A DNA stretch of 64,000 bases from the IMG/VR virus record IMGVR_UViG_3300023178_000006. One strand, 5' to 3'. A program made the position numbers and the translations under genes. Shown here piece after piece: positions 45,265-56,565 of this stretch; position 1 is the first letter of the stretch, and each line of letters opens with the position of its first letter. The notes beneath the pieces are model-generated. The model did not search any database. It saw only the letters and a list, made by a program, of their open reading frames with translations, and was not told the DNA's origin. This stretch comes from a virus. Its lineage: Duplodnaviria > Caudoviricetes.

Positions 45265-47694
45265 ATGGCAATCGACAAGTCAGCACAGTTTATATCAGAA
45301 GAACTTTTTAAGGTTATTCCTCATGAAGCAGATTCTAATGGTAGAAAAAATTACACAATTCTTTTAAGCGAAGGAACTGACTGCGAGGCTTTTTGTGAAG
45401 ATTTAAATTCACAAGGATTTGAGTGTGTTGCTAATCCTTCTTCGTTTCATAGAGTATGCGCGTTTAAATTTACTGAAGAAGAAGCAAATACTATTTCAGA
45501 AAGAGATGATGTAGAGAGTTTAGATTACCAAAGAGACTTCGTACTTAATAGTTATAACCCACAAAATCGTAACGGTAAAACTACCGTTGAAACATACTTC
45601 GATACTTCTTATCCTTCAAGTACTTTTGATGGAACTGATTTTATTCCAGCTAAATTTTTCTGGGATACAAATACAACAGCACCAACACCAAATGGAAGGC
45701 CTTTAGGTTTCTTTAATAACGCTCAGTTTGGTGGTGGAACTCAAGAAGATACTTACGCATCAACAAATACGACTATATCTCATAATTTTGATGGAAGCAC
45801 AGTTGATATTGTTATTGTAGAACCTAGTGCTGGTATTGTTGAACAGCCATCGTGGGCTCAAGCACATCCAGATTTCAAAGACTCATCTAATAATTTTAGA
45901 TTTGTTGCTGTTGATTGGAGTGATTATGATTCAGGAGTAACTAACGTAAGAAATAATCAAGTCACAAATGGTTGGACAGACCTTGGTAAACACGCACTTG
46001 CATCCGCATCAGTTGCAGCAGGTACTTATTGTGGTTGGGCAAAAAACGCAAACCTTTATTATGCTGATACGACTTATGATAGTTACCTTTCAATATATTC
46101 CGCAATTTATGCATGGCACCAAGCAAAACCGGTCAACCCAGATACAGGAAAAAGAAACGCTACTATCGTAAACAATTCTTGGGGTTTTTATGCTGATAGA
46201 AGAGCCGAAAATATTATACCTATCGAAGAAATTTCTTCTTTTAACGCATTTGATGATGATGGAAATCAAACAACAGTAACTAGACCAGGTGGTGGTTGGG
46301 GAAGTGATTACTCAGATTTCGTAGACAACGGATTCAACGTTGTTAACACAACTGGTGCTAATGGAACTGATAAGTGGGGAATCGCAACTTTTCGTTCAAA
46401 CACTTCTAGAGACGCAACATGGGATTTTATTTTAGATTACTTTAATTCTATTGAAGGTTGCTATCAATTCTTCTCAGCTGGTAATACTCCAGTTGTTTTT
46501 GCAAGAACAGACCAGCCTCAGTATAATAATCAAATCTTTTTAGATGCAAATTATTTTTACTATGACTTAAACGAATTCAACAATAATAAAGTTACGGCAA
46601 CCGAAAATACTTATGCACCTGTAACTGGTACAGAATATACTCATAGGTGTGAGTTCATCGGCCATCGATATTCATTTTATGTTTCAACATATCAATTCAG
46701 TACAACAAACCCAATGATAGAGTCTTATCCCGCAAGAGGTCCGGCGATTGATGCATTAGGACAAGGAAGAGGTTCATGGTGTGCTGCAAGTAGTTATAAT
46801 CTTAAAACTGACTCAAATGGATTTCAATGGGGAACATTTTCGGGAACTTCAGCTGGATGCCCAAATGTAGTTGGTGCAGTTGCATTAATGCTTGACCATT
46901 ATTATTATGGAGAAGGTGGAGCGTCTTGGCCAACGATTGCAGAATTAAGAACTATGATAAGAAGTACTTTCTCTCAACACCCTCTTCAATTAGTAGAAGA
47001 TTTAGGAAAAGACAGAGATGGTAATGCAGTAAGTAAAACCGCTTTTCCTGCTGCAGGTACAGAAATGTGGAACCACAGGTTACAAGGTTCTTATTTCCAA
47101 AACCAAACTATGACTCAGCGCACGACGATAACTGAAAGAGTACAAGACAGAAACACTTATAACGATAACTATGTTCTTACTGTAGGAAATAGTGGAAGCA
47201 CAAGTTATACTTTTACAGGAACTGCTGGGCCAAATACATTTAGTGCTAGTAATGACCCAATGATAGTTATAAGAAAAGGTGACACACTAACTTTTAACAT
47301 ATCAACAAGTGGGCATCCTCTCTACATTAAACAATACGATGGTGAAATTGGTATTGTACAAGGAAGTACGGGCGGCTATAGTAATGGTGTAACAAATAAT
47401 GGCGCTTCATCAGGATTCATTGTTTGGAATACAAATACTGCAGACACTGGTATCTATTATTATATTTGTTCGAACCACGCTGCAATGGGTAATTATATTG
47501 TCGTATTAAGTGAAGATGAGGAATATTATCAAGGTACTGGAATCATGGGCACCACTCCGAATACAAGAGTTTGGTTACCTTGGTCAATAAGAAATGGAAC
47601 AGTAGGAAAAACAAAACAACCGAGAAGTATAACTTATACTTCTAGACCTTCAACAGGACAAACATATCCTAGAAGGAAAATCAGAGTAGCTTAG
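45265..47694 (+). CDS. S8 subtilisin-like protease with a cupredoxin-like insert
   Basis: HALASASVAAG, NNSWG, SAGN, FSGTSAGCPNVVG, and HPL...YICSNHAAM. Confidence 0.72.
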   Translation: MAIDKSAQFISEELFKVIPHEADSNGRKNYTILLSEGTDCEAFCEDLNSQGFECVANPSSFHRVCAFKFTEEEANTISERDDVESLDYQRDFVLNSYNPQNRNGKTTVETYFDTSYPSSTFDGTDFIPAKFFWDTNTTAPTPNGRPLGFFNNAQFGGGTQEDTYASTNTTISHNFDGSTVDIVIVEPSAGIVEQPSWAQAHPDFKDSSNNFRFVAVDWSDYDSGVTNVRNNQVTNGWTDLGKHALASASVAAGTYCGWAKNANLYYADTTYDSYLSIYSAIYAWHQAKPVNPDTGKRNATIVNNSWGFYADRRAENIIPIEEISSFNAFDDDGNQTTVTRPGGGWGSDYSDFVDNGFNVVNTTGANGTDKWGIATFRSNTSRDATWDFILDYFNSIEGCYQFFSAGNTPVVFARTDQPQYNNQIFLDANYFYYDLNEFNNNKVTATENTYAPVTGTEYTHRCEFIGHRYSFYVSTYQFSTTNPMIESYPARGPAIDALGQGRGSWCAASSYNLKTDSNGFQWGTFSGTSAGCPNVVGAVALMLDHYYYGEGGASWPTIAELRTMIRSTFSQHPLQLVEDLGKDRDGNAVSKTAFPAAGTEMWNHRLQGSYFQNQTMTQRTTITERVQDRNTYNDNYVLTVGNSGSTSYTFTGTAGPNTFSASNDPMIVIRKGDTLTFNISTSGHPLYIKQYDGEIGIVQGSTGGYSNGVTNNGASSGFIVWNTNTADTGIYYYICSNHAAMGNYIVVLSEDEEYYQGTGIMGTTPNTRVWLPWSIRNGTVGKTKQPRSITYTSRPSTGQTYPRRKIRVA

Positions 47695-47746
47695 GCAATG
47701 AAGATAAATAAAACTAACAATTCAAATTTTTTAATGAGCTCATAAA

Positions 47747-49624
47747 ATGCCAGAGATATTAAGTAATAGTTTCAAAACAGACATCACAAGATTGTTTATT
47801 GACGATATTGCCAATAACAATTATTTCTTGTATGTGTCTGGTATTGATTCTTTTGACCCAGTAGATTCTCAGAAATCCAAAAACGAATTTTTGGAGCGTA
47901 CTCTATTCGGTAAAAAAATAGAAATCAATGACATTCATTTTATGATTAAATATTATCCTTGGCAGGTAGGTCAAGTATATGTTGAATATGATGACCAAGT
48001 CGATTTAACAGACCAAAGATTTTATGCGGTTGTTGGACCTAACGATAACGAAACTGGTGATTATCGTGTTTATAAGTGTTTAAATAATAATAGTGGTGCT
48101 GCAGTTACTTCACCTCCTAATTATAACCCAACAACTACAAACCAAGTTTATGAAACAGCAGACGGATATGTTTGGAAATTTATGTATGTTATTAGTGACT
48201 TACAATTCGAAGCATATAACGCTTTAGGTTATGTTCCTATTATTGGAACATTCAATACGAATCCACCATACGGAGGTGGTTCAAGAGTTTCAGACATAGT
48301 AGTAGAAAATAATTTAGATAATTCTGGATATGTAAAAGAAAGTGGTGGTTTAATTTCTTCACCATTTACAAGCGGAACTATGTTAGTTGACCCATTTACT
48401 ACATGGAGTCCTATTACAAACTATTATGTCGGCCAAAACATTTACACACTTAATGCTAATGGTGTTGCAAACTTATTTACGATTAATTATTATAATTTTA
48501 ATACAACTACAGGTAATGCAGAAATACGTGTAGGTAATGAATTAATTTATGGTAAGAAAACAATTAATGTTGAAGGAGTAACAACAACAAATCCAGTTGT
48601 TGTAACAGCAACTGCTCACGGATTAGTTGATGGAACACAAATAAGATTTAGCAATGTAGGTGGAACAACAGAATTAAATAGTGGTGTTACATATTACGCA
48701 GTAAAAATTAGTGATGACACATTCTCTTTGAAAGTTGATAGAAACTTAACTTCAAATTTAGATGGTAGTGCATTTACAGCATACACATCTGGTGGAACTT
48801 TTACCGCCGAAAGAGATGCAGTGGCAGCAGGGGTTGCAAGTAACGCATCATTCACAATATTCCCAAGAGTTAAAGTCACTGGGGACGGAAATGGTGCAGT
48901 CGCAATTCCAGAAATTGTAGACAATAGAATAAGTAGAGTTACAGTTTTAGAACAGGGTAGTGGTTATAGAAACGCTTTCTGTGAAGTTGTAGACCCTGCG
49001 TTTGACTTTGACCCAGAAGATACGACAACAACTGATGTTCGTGCAACGGTTAGACCAAGATTATCACCAGACAGTGGACATGGATATAATTTACTAGATG
49101 AGTTTAGATGTAAACACTTTAGTTTTTATGCTTATATTTCTGCTGATGATAATACAAGAATTGGAGATACGAATACTTACTCAGGTGTAGGTATTGTTCG
49201 CTCACCTTCATTTGCAAGTTCTGTACCAACTGTTTTCGATAATAGAATTTCAGTCACGACAAATGATATAGATAGATTAACAGCGAATAGTACTGTTACT
49301 CAAGTAAACTCAGATAATGAGATTACTTTTTCTGGGAAAGTACACGAAGTTGACGCATCTGCAAACACATTCTATATTGCGGAATATATGGGACCATACC
49401 AAAACAACGCAGATACAGGACAAGGAGATACTTCACTAGATTTAACATTACCATTTAGGAATGAAGCTGGACAGACAATCACTATAAATAGTCCAGTAAT
49501 AGATAATGTAGTGACATCAGATTATACTCAAAGAACCGGAGAGGTTTATTTTATGGAAGACTTCTTCCCATTAGCAAGAACAGAGCTCTCTAGAGAAGAA
49601 TTTAAGTTTGTCTTGGAATTTTAA
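47747..49624 (+). CDS. gp8: Baseplate wedge gp8
   Basis: YRVYKCLNNN, ETADGYVWKFMY and PRLSP..GHG. Confidence 0.8.
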   Translation: MPEILSNSFKTDITRLFIDDIANNNYFLYVSGIDSFDPVDSQKSKNEFLERTLFGKKIEINDIHFMIKYYPWQVGQVYVEYDDQVDLTDQRFYAVVGPNDNETGDYRVYKCLNNNSGAAVTSPPNYNPTTTNQVYETADGYVWKFMYVISDLQFEAYNALGYVPIIGTFNTNPPYGGGSRVSDIVVENNLDNSGYVKESGGLISSPFTSGTMLVDPFTTWSPITNYYVGQNIYTLNANGVANLFTINYYNFNTTTGNAEIRVGNELIYGKKTINVEGVTTTNPVVVTATAHGLVDGTQIRFSNVGGTTELNSGVTYYAVKISDDTFSLKVDRNLTSNLDGSAFTAYTSGGTFTAERDAVAAGVASNASFTIFPRVKVTGDGNGAVAIPEIVDNRISRVTVLEQGSGYRNAFCEVVDPAFDFDPEDTTTTDVRATVRPRLSPDSGHGYNLLDEFRCKHFSFYAYISADDNTRIGDTNTYSGVGIVRSPSFASSVPTVFDNRISVTTNDIDRLTANSTVTQVNSDNEITFSGKVHEVDASANTFYIAEYMGPYQNNADTGQGDTSLDLTLPFRNEAGQTITINSPVIDNVVTSDYTQRTGEVYFMEDFFPLARTELSREEFKFVLEF

Positions 49625-49642
49625 ACAGGAAAGTAATACGAT

Positions 49643-52600
49643 ATGCCTATTAATACGAACCTAAACCAATCACCATATTTCGATGATTTCGATATCGAAA
49701 ATCAATATTATCGTGTGCTCTTTAAGCCTGGGTTCGCTGTACAGGCAAGGGAATTAACGCAATTACAATCTATGCTCCAAAATCAGGTGGAGCAATTCGG
49801 AGATAATATCTTTAAAGAAGGTAGTATCGTAAAAGGTTGTTCATTTACAAACTTAGATGATTTAAGATTTGTTAAGCTTATCGATGTCGTAGGATTTGAC
49901 CCAACTAGTTATATTAGTAGAAGAGTTATTGAAAACTCAGTACAAACAGGTGGACAAGATTTAGAACTTGATTATATTTACGAAGTTACTGGTGCAAACT
50001 CTGGGTTGAAAGCACAAATCATTTCAGCTGCAAGAGGTTTCGAAACAAGACCACCTGATTTAAATACTTTCTTTATTAACTATCTTGCACCTACTGACCC
50101 AGCAACTACAGATACAGAATTTAGAGCAGGTGAACCATTAACTGTTGTATTGAAGAAATACAAAGTCGGTGTCACCAATACAGTATTCGCAGAAGAGACA
50201 CAATCAATTCCTGGTTTAGCAGTAACATCTCTTTCAAACCATGTTGGTAAATCATTCGGTATTCAATCTTCGCCGGGTGTTGTTTTCCAAAAAGGACATT
50301 TCTTATTCGCTGCTGACCAAGTACTTGTTATTTCAAAATATAATAATTTACCTGATGGTGTTTCAGTAGGTTATTCTGTACAAGAAAAACAAGTTAACGC
50401 ACTACAAGACAACGATTTATATGACAACGCAAATGGTTCATCTAACGAGAATGCACCAGGCGCAGACAGACTTCAATTAATTCCAACACTTACAGTATTA
50501 CCAACAACTGATGCAAATACTGACTCAGCGTTCTTTACACTTATTCGATATCAAAACGGAAACGCTATTACACTAAGAGACGTTTCTCAATATAACGTAT
50601 TAGGTGAAGAACTTGCAAGACGTACTTTTGAAGAGTCTGGTAACTATGTACTGAAACAATTCCCAGTTGCTACAGATGATAGAGATGGAGATGTTAATGT
50701 ATTATTAGGAACAGGTACAGCATATGTTAAAGGATTTAGAGTTGAGAATTCTGGTGAAAGGTCGTTTGTAGTTGACCAAATCACACAAACAGAAGTTCAA
50801 AATAATAACTCAGTATCTTTTGATTATGGAAACTATGTAGATGTAACAGCATTCACTGGTACACTTGATATCGATTGGACTCCTGTAAATTTACAAGATA
50901 GTGGTGGTAGTAATATCGGTACAGCAATTGCGATTAACGCATCACCAACAAGAGTTTATTTAACTGCAGTTACATTCACGGGTTCAAATAAAGCTGCTGA
51001 CTTAGCGAGAATCAGTGATGGTTCTGGATTCTTAGAAGTAGGAAATAGATTACACGAAACAGCAAGAAAATCTTTATTGTTCGACACAGGAATGAAGAGT
51101 TTATTCGCTACATCAGATACACTACTTCCTGTAAGAGAAAAAATTGCAGCAACACATAATGCGAATGTTATTACATTAACAGCAAATCCTGGTGAAGACT
51201 TTGATGTTCAACAAGATGATATATTAGTTGTTGATGGTTCTAATACACAAATTCCAGTTACTGGTACATTAAAAACTTTAAACAATAGTCAACTTGACAT
51301 TTATTTAGATGCTTCTGCAAACTCAGCTACTAACGTCACACTCTATTATAATAAGAGATTAGTTGGTGCTGGTTCTAATGGTGTTGAACCATATAATAAG
51401 ACAGTTGCAGAACCTTATATTAAAGTTAACTTTACAAGTGCAACAACACAATATAGTTTAGGTTTCCCAGATGTATTTGATATTACAGAAGTAAAAGACG
51501 CTTCTGGTAATGATTTTACAAGTAGTTTCAAACTTGTTAATAACCAAAAAGATACTTATTACGATATTTCATACATGGAATATATTCAAGGAAGACCAGT
51601 TCCTGCAAATGGTGTATTAACCATTAAACTTAAGGTATTCCAATTAAGTACATCATCTGGAGAGTATTTCTTTACAATTAATAGTTATCCTAATTCATTA
51701 GATGCTTATGACATTCCAGTGTACGTATCTCAATCAGGCAACCGTTTTAATTTAAGAGAATGCTTTGACTTTAGACCTTATCTTAATAAAGACGCATCTG
51801 CAGACTATTCTGCAGTGACTGAAGGTGCGGCACCAACAATTACAACAGCGGTTGGAGCTCATTCACTTGATTGGAGCACTTATGGTCCTGCACTTATTCC
51901 TGCACGTTCAGCTAGTGCAACAACAGACATTGAATATTATTTAAGTAGAATCGATGTTATTGTCGCAGACTCTTATGGTGAAATTAGTTTAATTAAAGGT
52001 AAAGAAGAAAAATTACCAGCACCTCCTCGAGTTGAATCTGAAAAACTCGTTATTGCTGAAGTCACAGTTCCAGGATTCCCTGCATTAAGTTCAGCTGGTG
52101 CGAATACTGCGAAGAAGAGAGAATACGCAGTTAAAGCACGTTCAACAGGAATTAAAAACTATACCATGAAAGACCTTCACTCGTTAGAGAAGAAGATTGA
52201 TAACATGGCATATTATATTTCATTAAACCAATTAGAATCTGAAACTCAAAACTTATCAGTACTTGACGAAAATGGTTTAAACAGATTTAAAAATGGATTT
52301 ATTGTTGACCCATTCAATGATTTATCTTTAGCAGATATTCAAAATCCAAACTTTATGGCAGCGGTTCCATTTAATCAAAAGATTTTAACACCTGCTGTTA
52401 AAACTTATGCACTCGATTTAACATACAAAACAAGTAGTAATGCTTCAATTTTCCCATCGACATCTGAAGCAAAGGCTGGAACATTATCTCGAAATCAGAA
52501 CGTTGATATTATTAGTCAACCTTATGCTTCTGGTTTCCGTAATGCAGTAAGTAACTTCTACAAATATCAAGGTGATGGAATTATTTCTCCACCTTATGAT

Positions 52601-55024
52601 GCTGCATACGATACAACAACAAATCCAGTTACTATTGACATTGATATGTCAACAGCTTTCGAAGAATTTGTCGATAACATTCAAGAGTTTTTACCACTTA
52701 CTGACACAACTCAAACAGTTGAATTGCAAGAAGATAGATGGGGTTGGGGAAGAAGGTTTGGTGGAAGAGGACGTGGTGCTACTGAAGTTACAACAATCAC
52801 AACAAGAACAAGTGAAATTAGTGTAAATCAGGGTTCAACTCAAGAACAATTCGTAGGAGACTTTGTATCTAACTTCTCTATGAAACCATATATGGCAGGT
52901 AGAGATATTAAAGTTTATATGTCTGGTTTACGTCCAAATATACAACACTACTTCTTCTTTGATGGTGTTGATGTAAATGCTCATGTAATTCCTGGTTCAC
53001 CTGACGATTCTGCTGGTAACATTAAGCGTAATGGTAATAAAGGTGATGCAGTAACAACTGACGAAAATGGTGTACTCAGAGCGGTATTCTCATTACCACC
53101 TGAAACATTCTTTGTCGGTGATAGAGTATTAGAAATTGCTGATGTTAATTTATATAACAGTATTGAAAGTGGTTCTACATCAAGAGGTTTCGTAACTTAT
53201 AGAGCATATAACTTCGCAGTTGAGAAGACTGCTTTAACAACTTCAACACGACAACCTGATTTTGATATCAACACAACGACAACAACAAGAAACGTTGCAA
53301 GAAGACCAAGAGGTCGTGACCCAATCGCTCAAACATTCTTTATTAAGAAAGGTATGGGCCAAGGTTCAAACTCTGTTTACTTATCAGAAGTTGACGTATT
53401 CTTCAAACGTGTAAGTACAACCAACGGTGTATCATTACAAGTAAGAGAAGTTGTAAATGGTTATCCATCTAATCAGATTGTTCCATTCTCAGTAGTACAT
53501 AAGATTCCAACAGAATTAACAAGTGCTTCATCTGACGATGCTTCAGTCGCAACTACATTTGCTTTCGAAGCACCTGTAAGATTAGATGTAGAAAAAGAAT
53601 ATGCAATTGTAATTCAACCAGATGCATCTGACCCGAACTACTTAGTATACACTTCAAAAGTTGGTGGAACTGATTTAACACCAGGTGATACTCAAGGTGC
53701 TGCTATTGTACAAGACTGGGGTGATGGTGTTCTATTTAGTTCTACAAACAATAGTGCTTGGAAATCTTATCAAGACGAAGATATGAAGTTTACTTTACGT
53801 AGACACGACTTCAACCAAACAACAGGTAGTGTTACATTAACAAATAATGACCACGAATTCTTAACAGTTAATAACTTTAATGGAAGATTTAATTTAGGTG
53901 AAACAATTTACCAAGAGAAATCTTTACAAGGTTCAACTAGTGCGACAGTAAATGTACCTCTTAATTCTGCAACAATGACAGGTACAAACCTCGATGATAC
54001 TTACGCGGATAATGACTTTATTCTTATTTCGAATGCAGGTAATACTGAATCTGATATTTTCAAGGTTGTAAGTGTATTGAACTCAACAACAATTACACTC
54101 GATAAGCCAGCATCCTTCGCAGTATCTAATGGCACAGGAACACCAGTTGTTGTAGGAAGGTTATCTTATTACAATAAGAATAATCCTTACGAGATGCACT
54201 TAGAAGAGTCCTCAGTAAGGTCTTCAAACATATTCTCTCCTGGATTGCCTATCGTAGGACTTGATAGTGGTAAAACTGCAGACATCGTAAGTATCGATAA
54301 TATTAACTTCAGTTATGTTCAACCTCTTATTAATAGAGCAGTTGATTCAACATCGAAAACTTTACTTGGTGGAACTTTTGTACCACCTACAAATGTAAAC
54401 ACAACTTACACATTACCAATGGAATTCAATAATAATAATCACTTCAGTAAAGAAGGTGTGATTGTTTACAGTAAATCTAATGACCCAAATAGAAGTAAAG
54501 CTTTTGATTTAACTGTTGATTTCGATAATGGTAATAACACTACATCAACTCCTTTCTTAGATATTGAAACATCTAAGTTATTAGCATACACATACAAGAT
54601 TACAAATTCATCTGCGACAACTTCGAAATATATTTCTAAAATTATTGAACTTGCTCCAGATGCAGATGCTGAAGATTTACATTTAATAGTAACAGGATAT
54701 CGTCCAACGGGTTCTGATATTAAGTGTTATATTAAACCTCAAAATTCTTATGATAGTGATGTATTTGATTTAAATCCTTGGATTGAACTCGAACTCTTTG
54801 AAGGAAACGGAGTATTTTCAAGTAATTCAAATCTTAACGATTATAGAGAATTTAAGTTTAGAGTATCAGATGCAAACAAAGCAACCGGTGTATTAACATA
54901 TGCAAACGCACTTGGAACTAATTTTGATGGTTTCAGAAGGTTCGCAATTAAGATTGAAATGTTATCACCTAATGTATATAACGCTCCAACGCTAAGAGAT
55001 TATCGTGGAATTGCACTAACGTAG
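49643..55024 (+). CDS. Large virion structural protein (DUF4815/VrlC-like)
   Basis: PYFDDFD...YYRVLFKPGFAVQARELTQLQS, LARRTFEESGNY, NRFKNGFIVDPF and DPIAQTF. Confidence 0.75.
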   Translation: MPINTNLNQSPYFDDFDIENQYYRVLFKPGFAVQARELTQLQSMLQNQVEQFGDNIFKEGSIVKGCSFTNLDDLRFVKLIDVVGFDPTSYISRRVIENSVQTGGQDLELDYIYEVTGANSGLKAQIISAARGFETRPPDLNTFFINYLAPTDPATTDTEFRAGEPLTVVLKKYKVGVTNTVFAEETQSIPGLAVTSLSNHVGKSFGIQSSPGVVFQKGHFLFAADQVLVISKYNNLPDGVSVGYSVQEKQVNALQDNDLYDNANGSSNENAPGADRLQLIPTLTVLPTTDANTDSAFFTLIRYQNGNAITLRDVSQYNVLGEELARRTFEESGNYVLKQFPVATDDRDGDVNVLLGTGTAYVKGFRVENSGERSFVVDQITQTEVQNNNSVSFDYGNYVDVTAFTGTLDIDWTPVNLQDSGGSNIGTAIAINASPTRVYLTAVTFTGSNKAADLARISDGSGFLEVGNRLHETARKSLLFDTGMKSLFATSDTLLPVREKIAATHNANVITLTANPGEDFDVQQDDILVVDGSNTQIPVTGTLKTLNNSQLDIYLDASANSATNVTLYYNKRLVGAGSNGVEPYNKTVAEPYIKVNFTSATTQYSLGFPDVFDITEVKDASGNDFTSSFKLVNNQKDTYYDISYMEYIQGRPVPANGVLTIKLKVFQLSTSSGEYFFTINSYPNSLDAYDIPVYVSQSGNRFNLRECFDFRPYLNKDASADYSAVTEGAAPTITTAVGAHSLDWSTYGPALIPARSASATTDIEYYLSRIDVIVADSYGEISLIKGKEEKLPAPPRVESEKLVIAEVTVPGFPALSSAGANTAKKREYAVKARSTGIKNYTMKDLHSLEKKIDNMAYYISLNQLESETQNLSVLDENGLNRFKNGFIVDPFNDLSLADIQNPNFMAAVPFNQKILTPAVKTYALDLTYKTSSNASIFPSTSEAKAGTLSRNQNVDIISQPYASGFRNAVSNFYKYQGDGIISPPYDAAYDTTTNPVTIDIDMSTAFEEFVDNIQEFLPLTDTTQTVELQEDRWGWGRRFGGRGRGATEVTTITTRTSEISVNQGSTQEQFVGDFVSNFSMKPYMAGRDIKVYMSGLRPNIQHYFFFDGVDVNAHVIPGSPDDSAGNIKRNGNKGDAVTTDENGVLRAVFSLPPETFFVGDRVLEIADVNLYNSIESGSTSRGFVTYRAYNFAVEKTALTTSTRQPDFDINTTTTTRNVARRPRGRDPIAQTFFIKKGMGQGSNSVYLSEVDVFFKRVSTTNGVSLQVREVVNGYPSNQIVPFSVVHKIPTELTSASSDDASVATTFAFEAPVRLDVEKEYAIVIQPDASDPNYLVYTSKVGGTDLTPGDTQGAAIVQDWGDGVLFSSTNNSAWKSYQDEDMKFTLRRHDFNQTTGSVTLTNNDHEFLTVNNFNGRFNLGETIYQEKSLQGSTSATVNVPLNSATMTGTNLDDTYADNDFILISNAGNTESDIFKVVSVLNSTTITLDKPASFAVSNGTGTPVVVGRLSYYNKNNPYEMHLEESSVRSSNIFSPGLPIVGLDSGKTADIVSIDNINFSYVQPLINRAVDSTSKTLLGGTFVPPTNVNTTYTLPMEFNNNNHFSKEGVIVYSKSNDPNRSKAFDLTVDFDNGNNTTSTPFLDIETSKLLAYTYKITNSSATTSKYISKIIELAPDADAEDLHLIVTGYRPTGSDIKCYIKPQNSYDSDVFDLNPWIELELFEGNGVFSSNSNLNDYREFKFRVSDANKATGVLTYANALGTNFDGFRRFAIKIEMLSPNVYNAPTLRDYRGIALT

Positions 55025-55031
55025 GTGACTT

Positions 55032-55223
55032 ATGAGTGATATGAAAAGAGACAACATCGGCGCGGTAATAAACACAGACATCGAAGCTCTAAATAAATAT
55101 AAGGTAGAAAGAAGTTATTATCGTAAAGTAGATAAACTTCAAAACGATATTCTCGAGATTAAAAGAAGCATCATTACAATTTACGAAAAAATAGAGAAAT
55201 TGGAAACTAAAGACAATGGCTAA
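55032..55223 (+). CDS. Hypothetical coiled-coil protein
   Basis: 63-aa ORF coupled to neighbours. Confidence 0.55.
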   Translation: MSDMKRDNIGAVINTDIEALNKYKVERSYYRKVDKLQNDILEIKRSIITIYEKIEKLETKDNG

Positions 55224-56526
55224 ACCAGCACTAAGTACAATTAATACATCACAGACTTTCCAAAACTGGTTTGATAAGACCAACGAGGTTGTTAATATCT
55301 TCAGAACTGATGCAATCACAGCTTCAGGAACTGGTGATACAACAACAGGTGATGCTACATTAATTGGTGATTTCACGTCAACCAATTTAATTGCAAGTAC
55401 TCTACTTCAATCTGATACAATTGCTTCACGTACGGGTGGCGCGACAATCAACTTTAATTCAGATATTAAAATCAATGGTGCTAGTCAAACAACAGCAGAA
55501 TTTAATTTTGGTTCAGGTGGACAAGTAAGATTTACAGACGGAAGTCTCGCATGGGATGTTGGATTAGAAAATTCAAATCCTGGCAACTTTATAATCGATA
55601 CAGGTACAGCACCTACTAAGTTTCAATTATCAACTGCAGGTACTTTATCAGTTCCAAATATTATTGTTGGTGAAGACCTGACTGTTGCAGCTGATGCTGA
55701 AGTAACAGGAACATTAACTGTAGGAACACTCTCAATTGGTGGAGGTGGTGCAGGTTTAAGTACCGATGATGTTTCTGAAGGTTCAACAAACAAATATTAC
55801 ACAGATGCTAGAGCAAGAGGTGCTTTCTCAGGTGGAGACGGAATCAACATCGCAAATGATGGAACAATTTCATTTGATGGAGATGGTGAACTTCAAACTT
55901 ATACAGGTAATGAGTTTATTCCTACAGGTTCTAAAACCGGAAGTGGGAGTACATTCGCTAGAGCTTATATAGATGGTGCAAATAATGTCGGTGTTGGATT
56001 TGGAAGATTAAGATGTGATTGGTCAGGTAATACTTACGATGTATTAACTTGGATGCCAGCAGGTATTGATGTAAATGGTTATGGTCGTTTTGAAGATGAC
56101 GTAAGAGTTACAGGTGGAGATGTTGTTGTAAGAAATAGCTCTAATGATATTGTTGCGTTTATGGACCAAAACGGCAATGGTCACTTTTCAGGTGACGTAA
56201 CAACATACGGTGCTACATCAGACGAAAGATTAAAAGAAAACATCGAGCCAATTGATAATGCTTTAGCAAAAGTTTTAGAGATTAACGGATACACATTTAA
56301 CTATAAAGACAATCCTGAGAAAAGATTACCTGGTGTGATTGCTCAGGAAATTGAAAAAGTTTTACCAGAAGTAGTATATAATGTTGATAATGTAAATGGT
56401 GATGAGGAAGAATATAAAGCGGTAAGATACGCACACGTTGTTCCATTGCTAATCGAGGCAATTAAAGAATTGACAGGAAAGGTAAATGATTTAGAAAATC
56501 GCTTAGCGAACGGCGATAATTCGTAA
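55216..56526 (+). CDS. Tail fibre with C-terminal intramolecular chaperone (peptidase S74-like)
   Basis: TSDERLKENI..I.NAL.KV..I.GYTF, GVIAQEIEKVLPEVV and V.LLIEAIKEL. Confidence 0.85.
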   Translation: MAKPALSTINTSQTFQNWFDKTNEVVNIFRTDAITASGTGDTTTGDATLIGDFTSTNLIASTLLQSDTIASRTGGATINFNSDIKINGASQTTAEFNFGSGGQVRFTDGSLAWDVGLENSNPGNFIIDTGTAPTKFQLSTAGTLSVPNIIVGEDLTVAADAEVTGTLTVGTLSIGGGGAGLSTDDVSEGSTNKYYTDARARGAFSGGDGINIANDGTISFDGDGELQTYTGNEFIPTGSKTGSGSTFARAYIDGANNVGVGFGRLRCDWSGNTYDVLTWMPAGIDVNGYGRFEDDVRVTGGDVVVRNSSNDIVAFMDQNGNGHFSGDVTTYGATSDERLKENIEPIDNALAKVLEINGYTFNYKDNPEKRLPGVIAQEIEKVLPEVVYNVDNVNGDEEEYKAVRYAHVVPLLIEAIKELTGKVNDLENRLANGDNS

Positions 56527-56533
56527 TTGGTCT

Positions 56534-56541
56534 TATAAATA
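56534..56541 (+). promoter_or_regulatory. Late promoter
   Basis: TATAAATA 25 nt upstream of ATG 56566. Confidence 0.7.
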
Positions 56542-56565
56542 AAAAGAAAAAGGGAAGACTAATCA

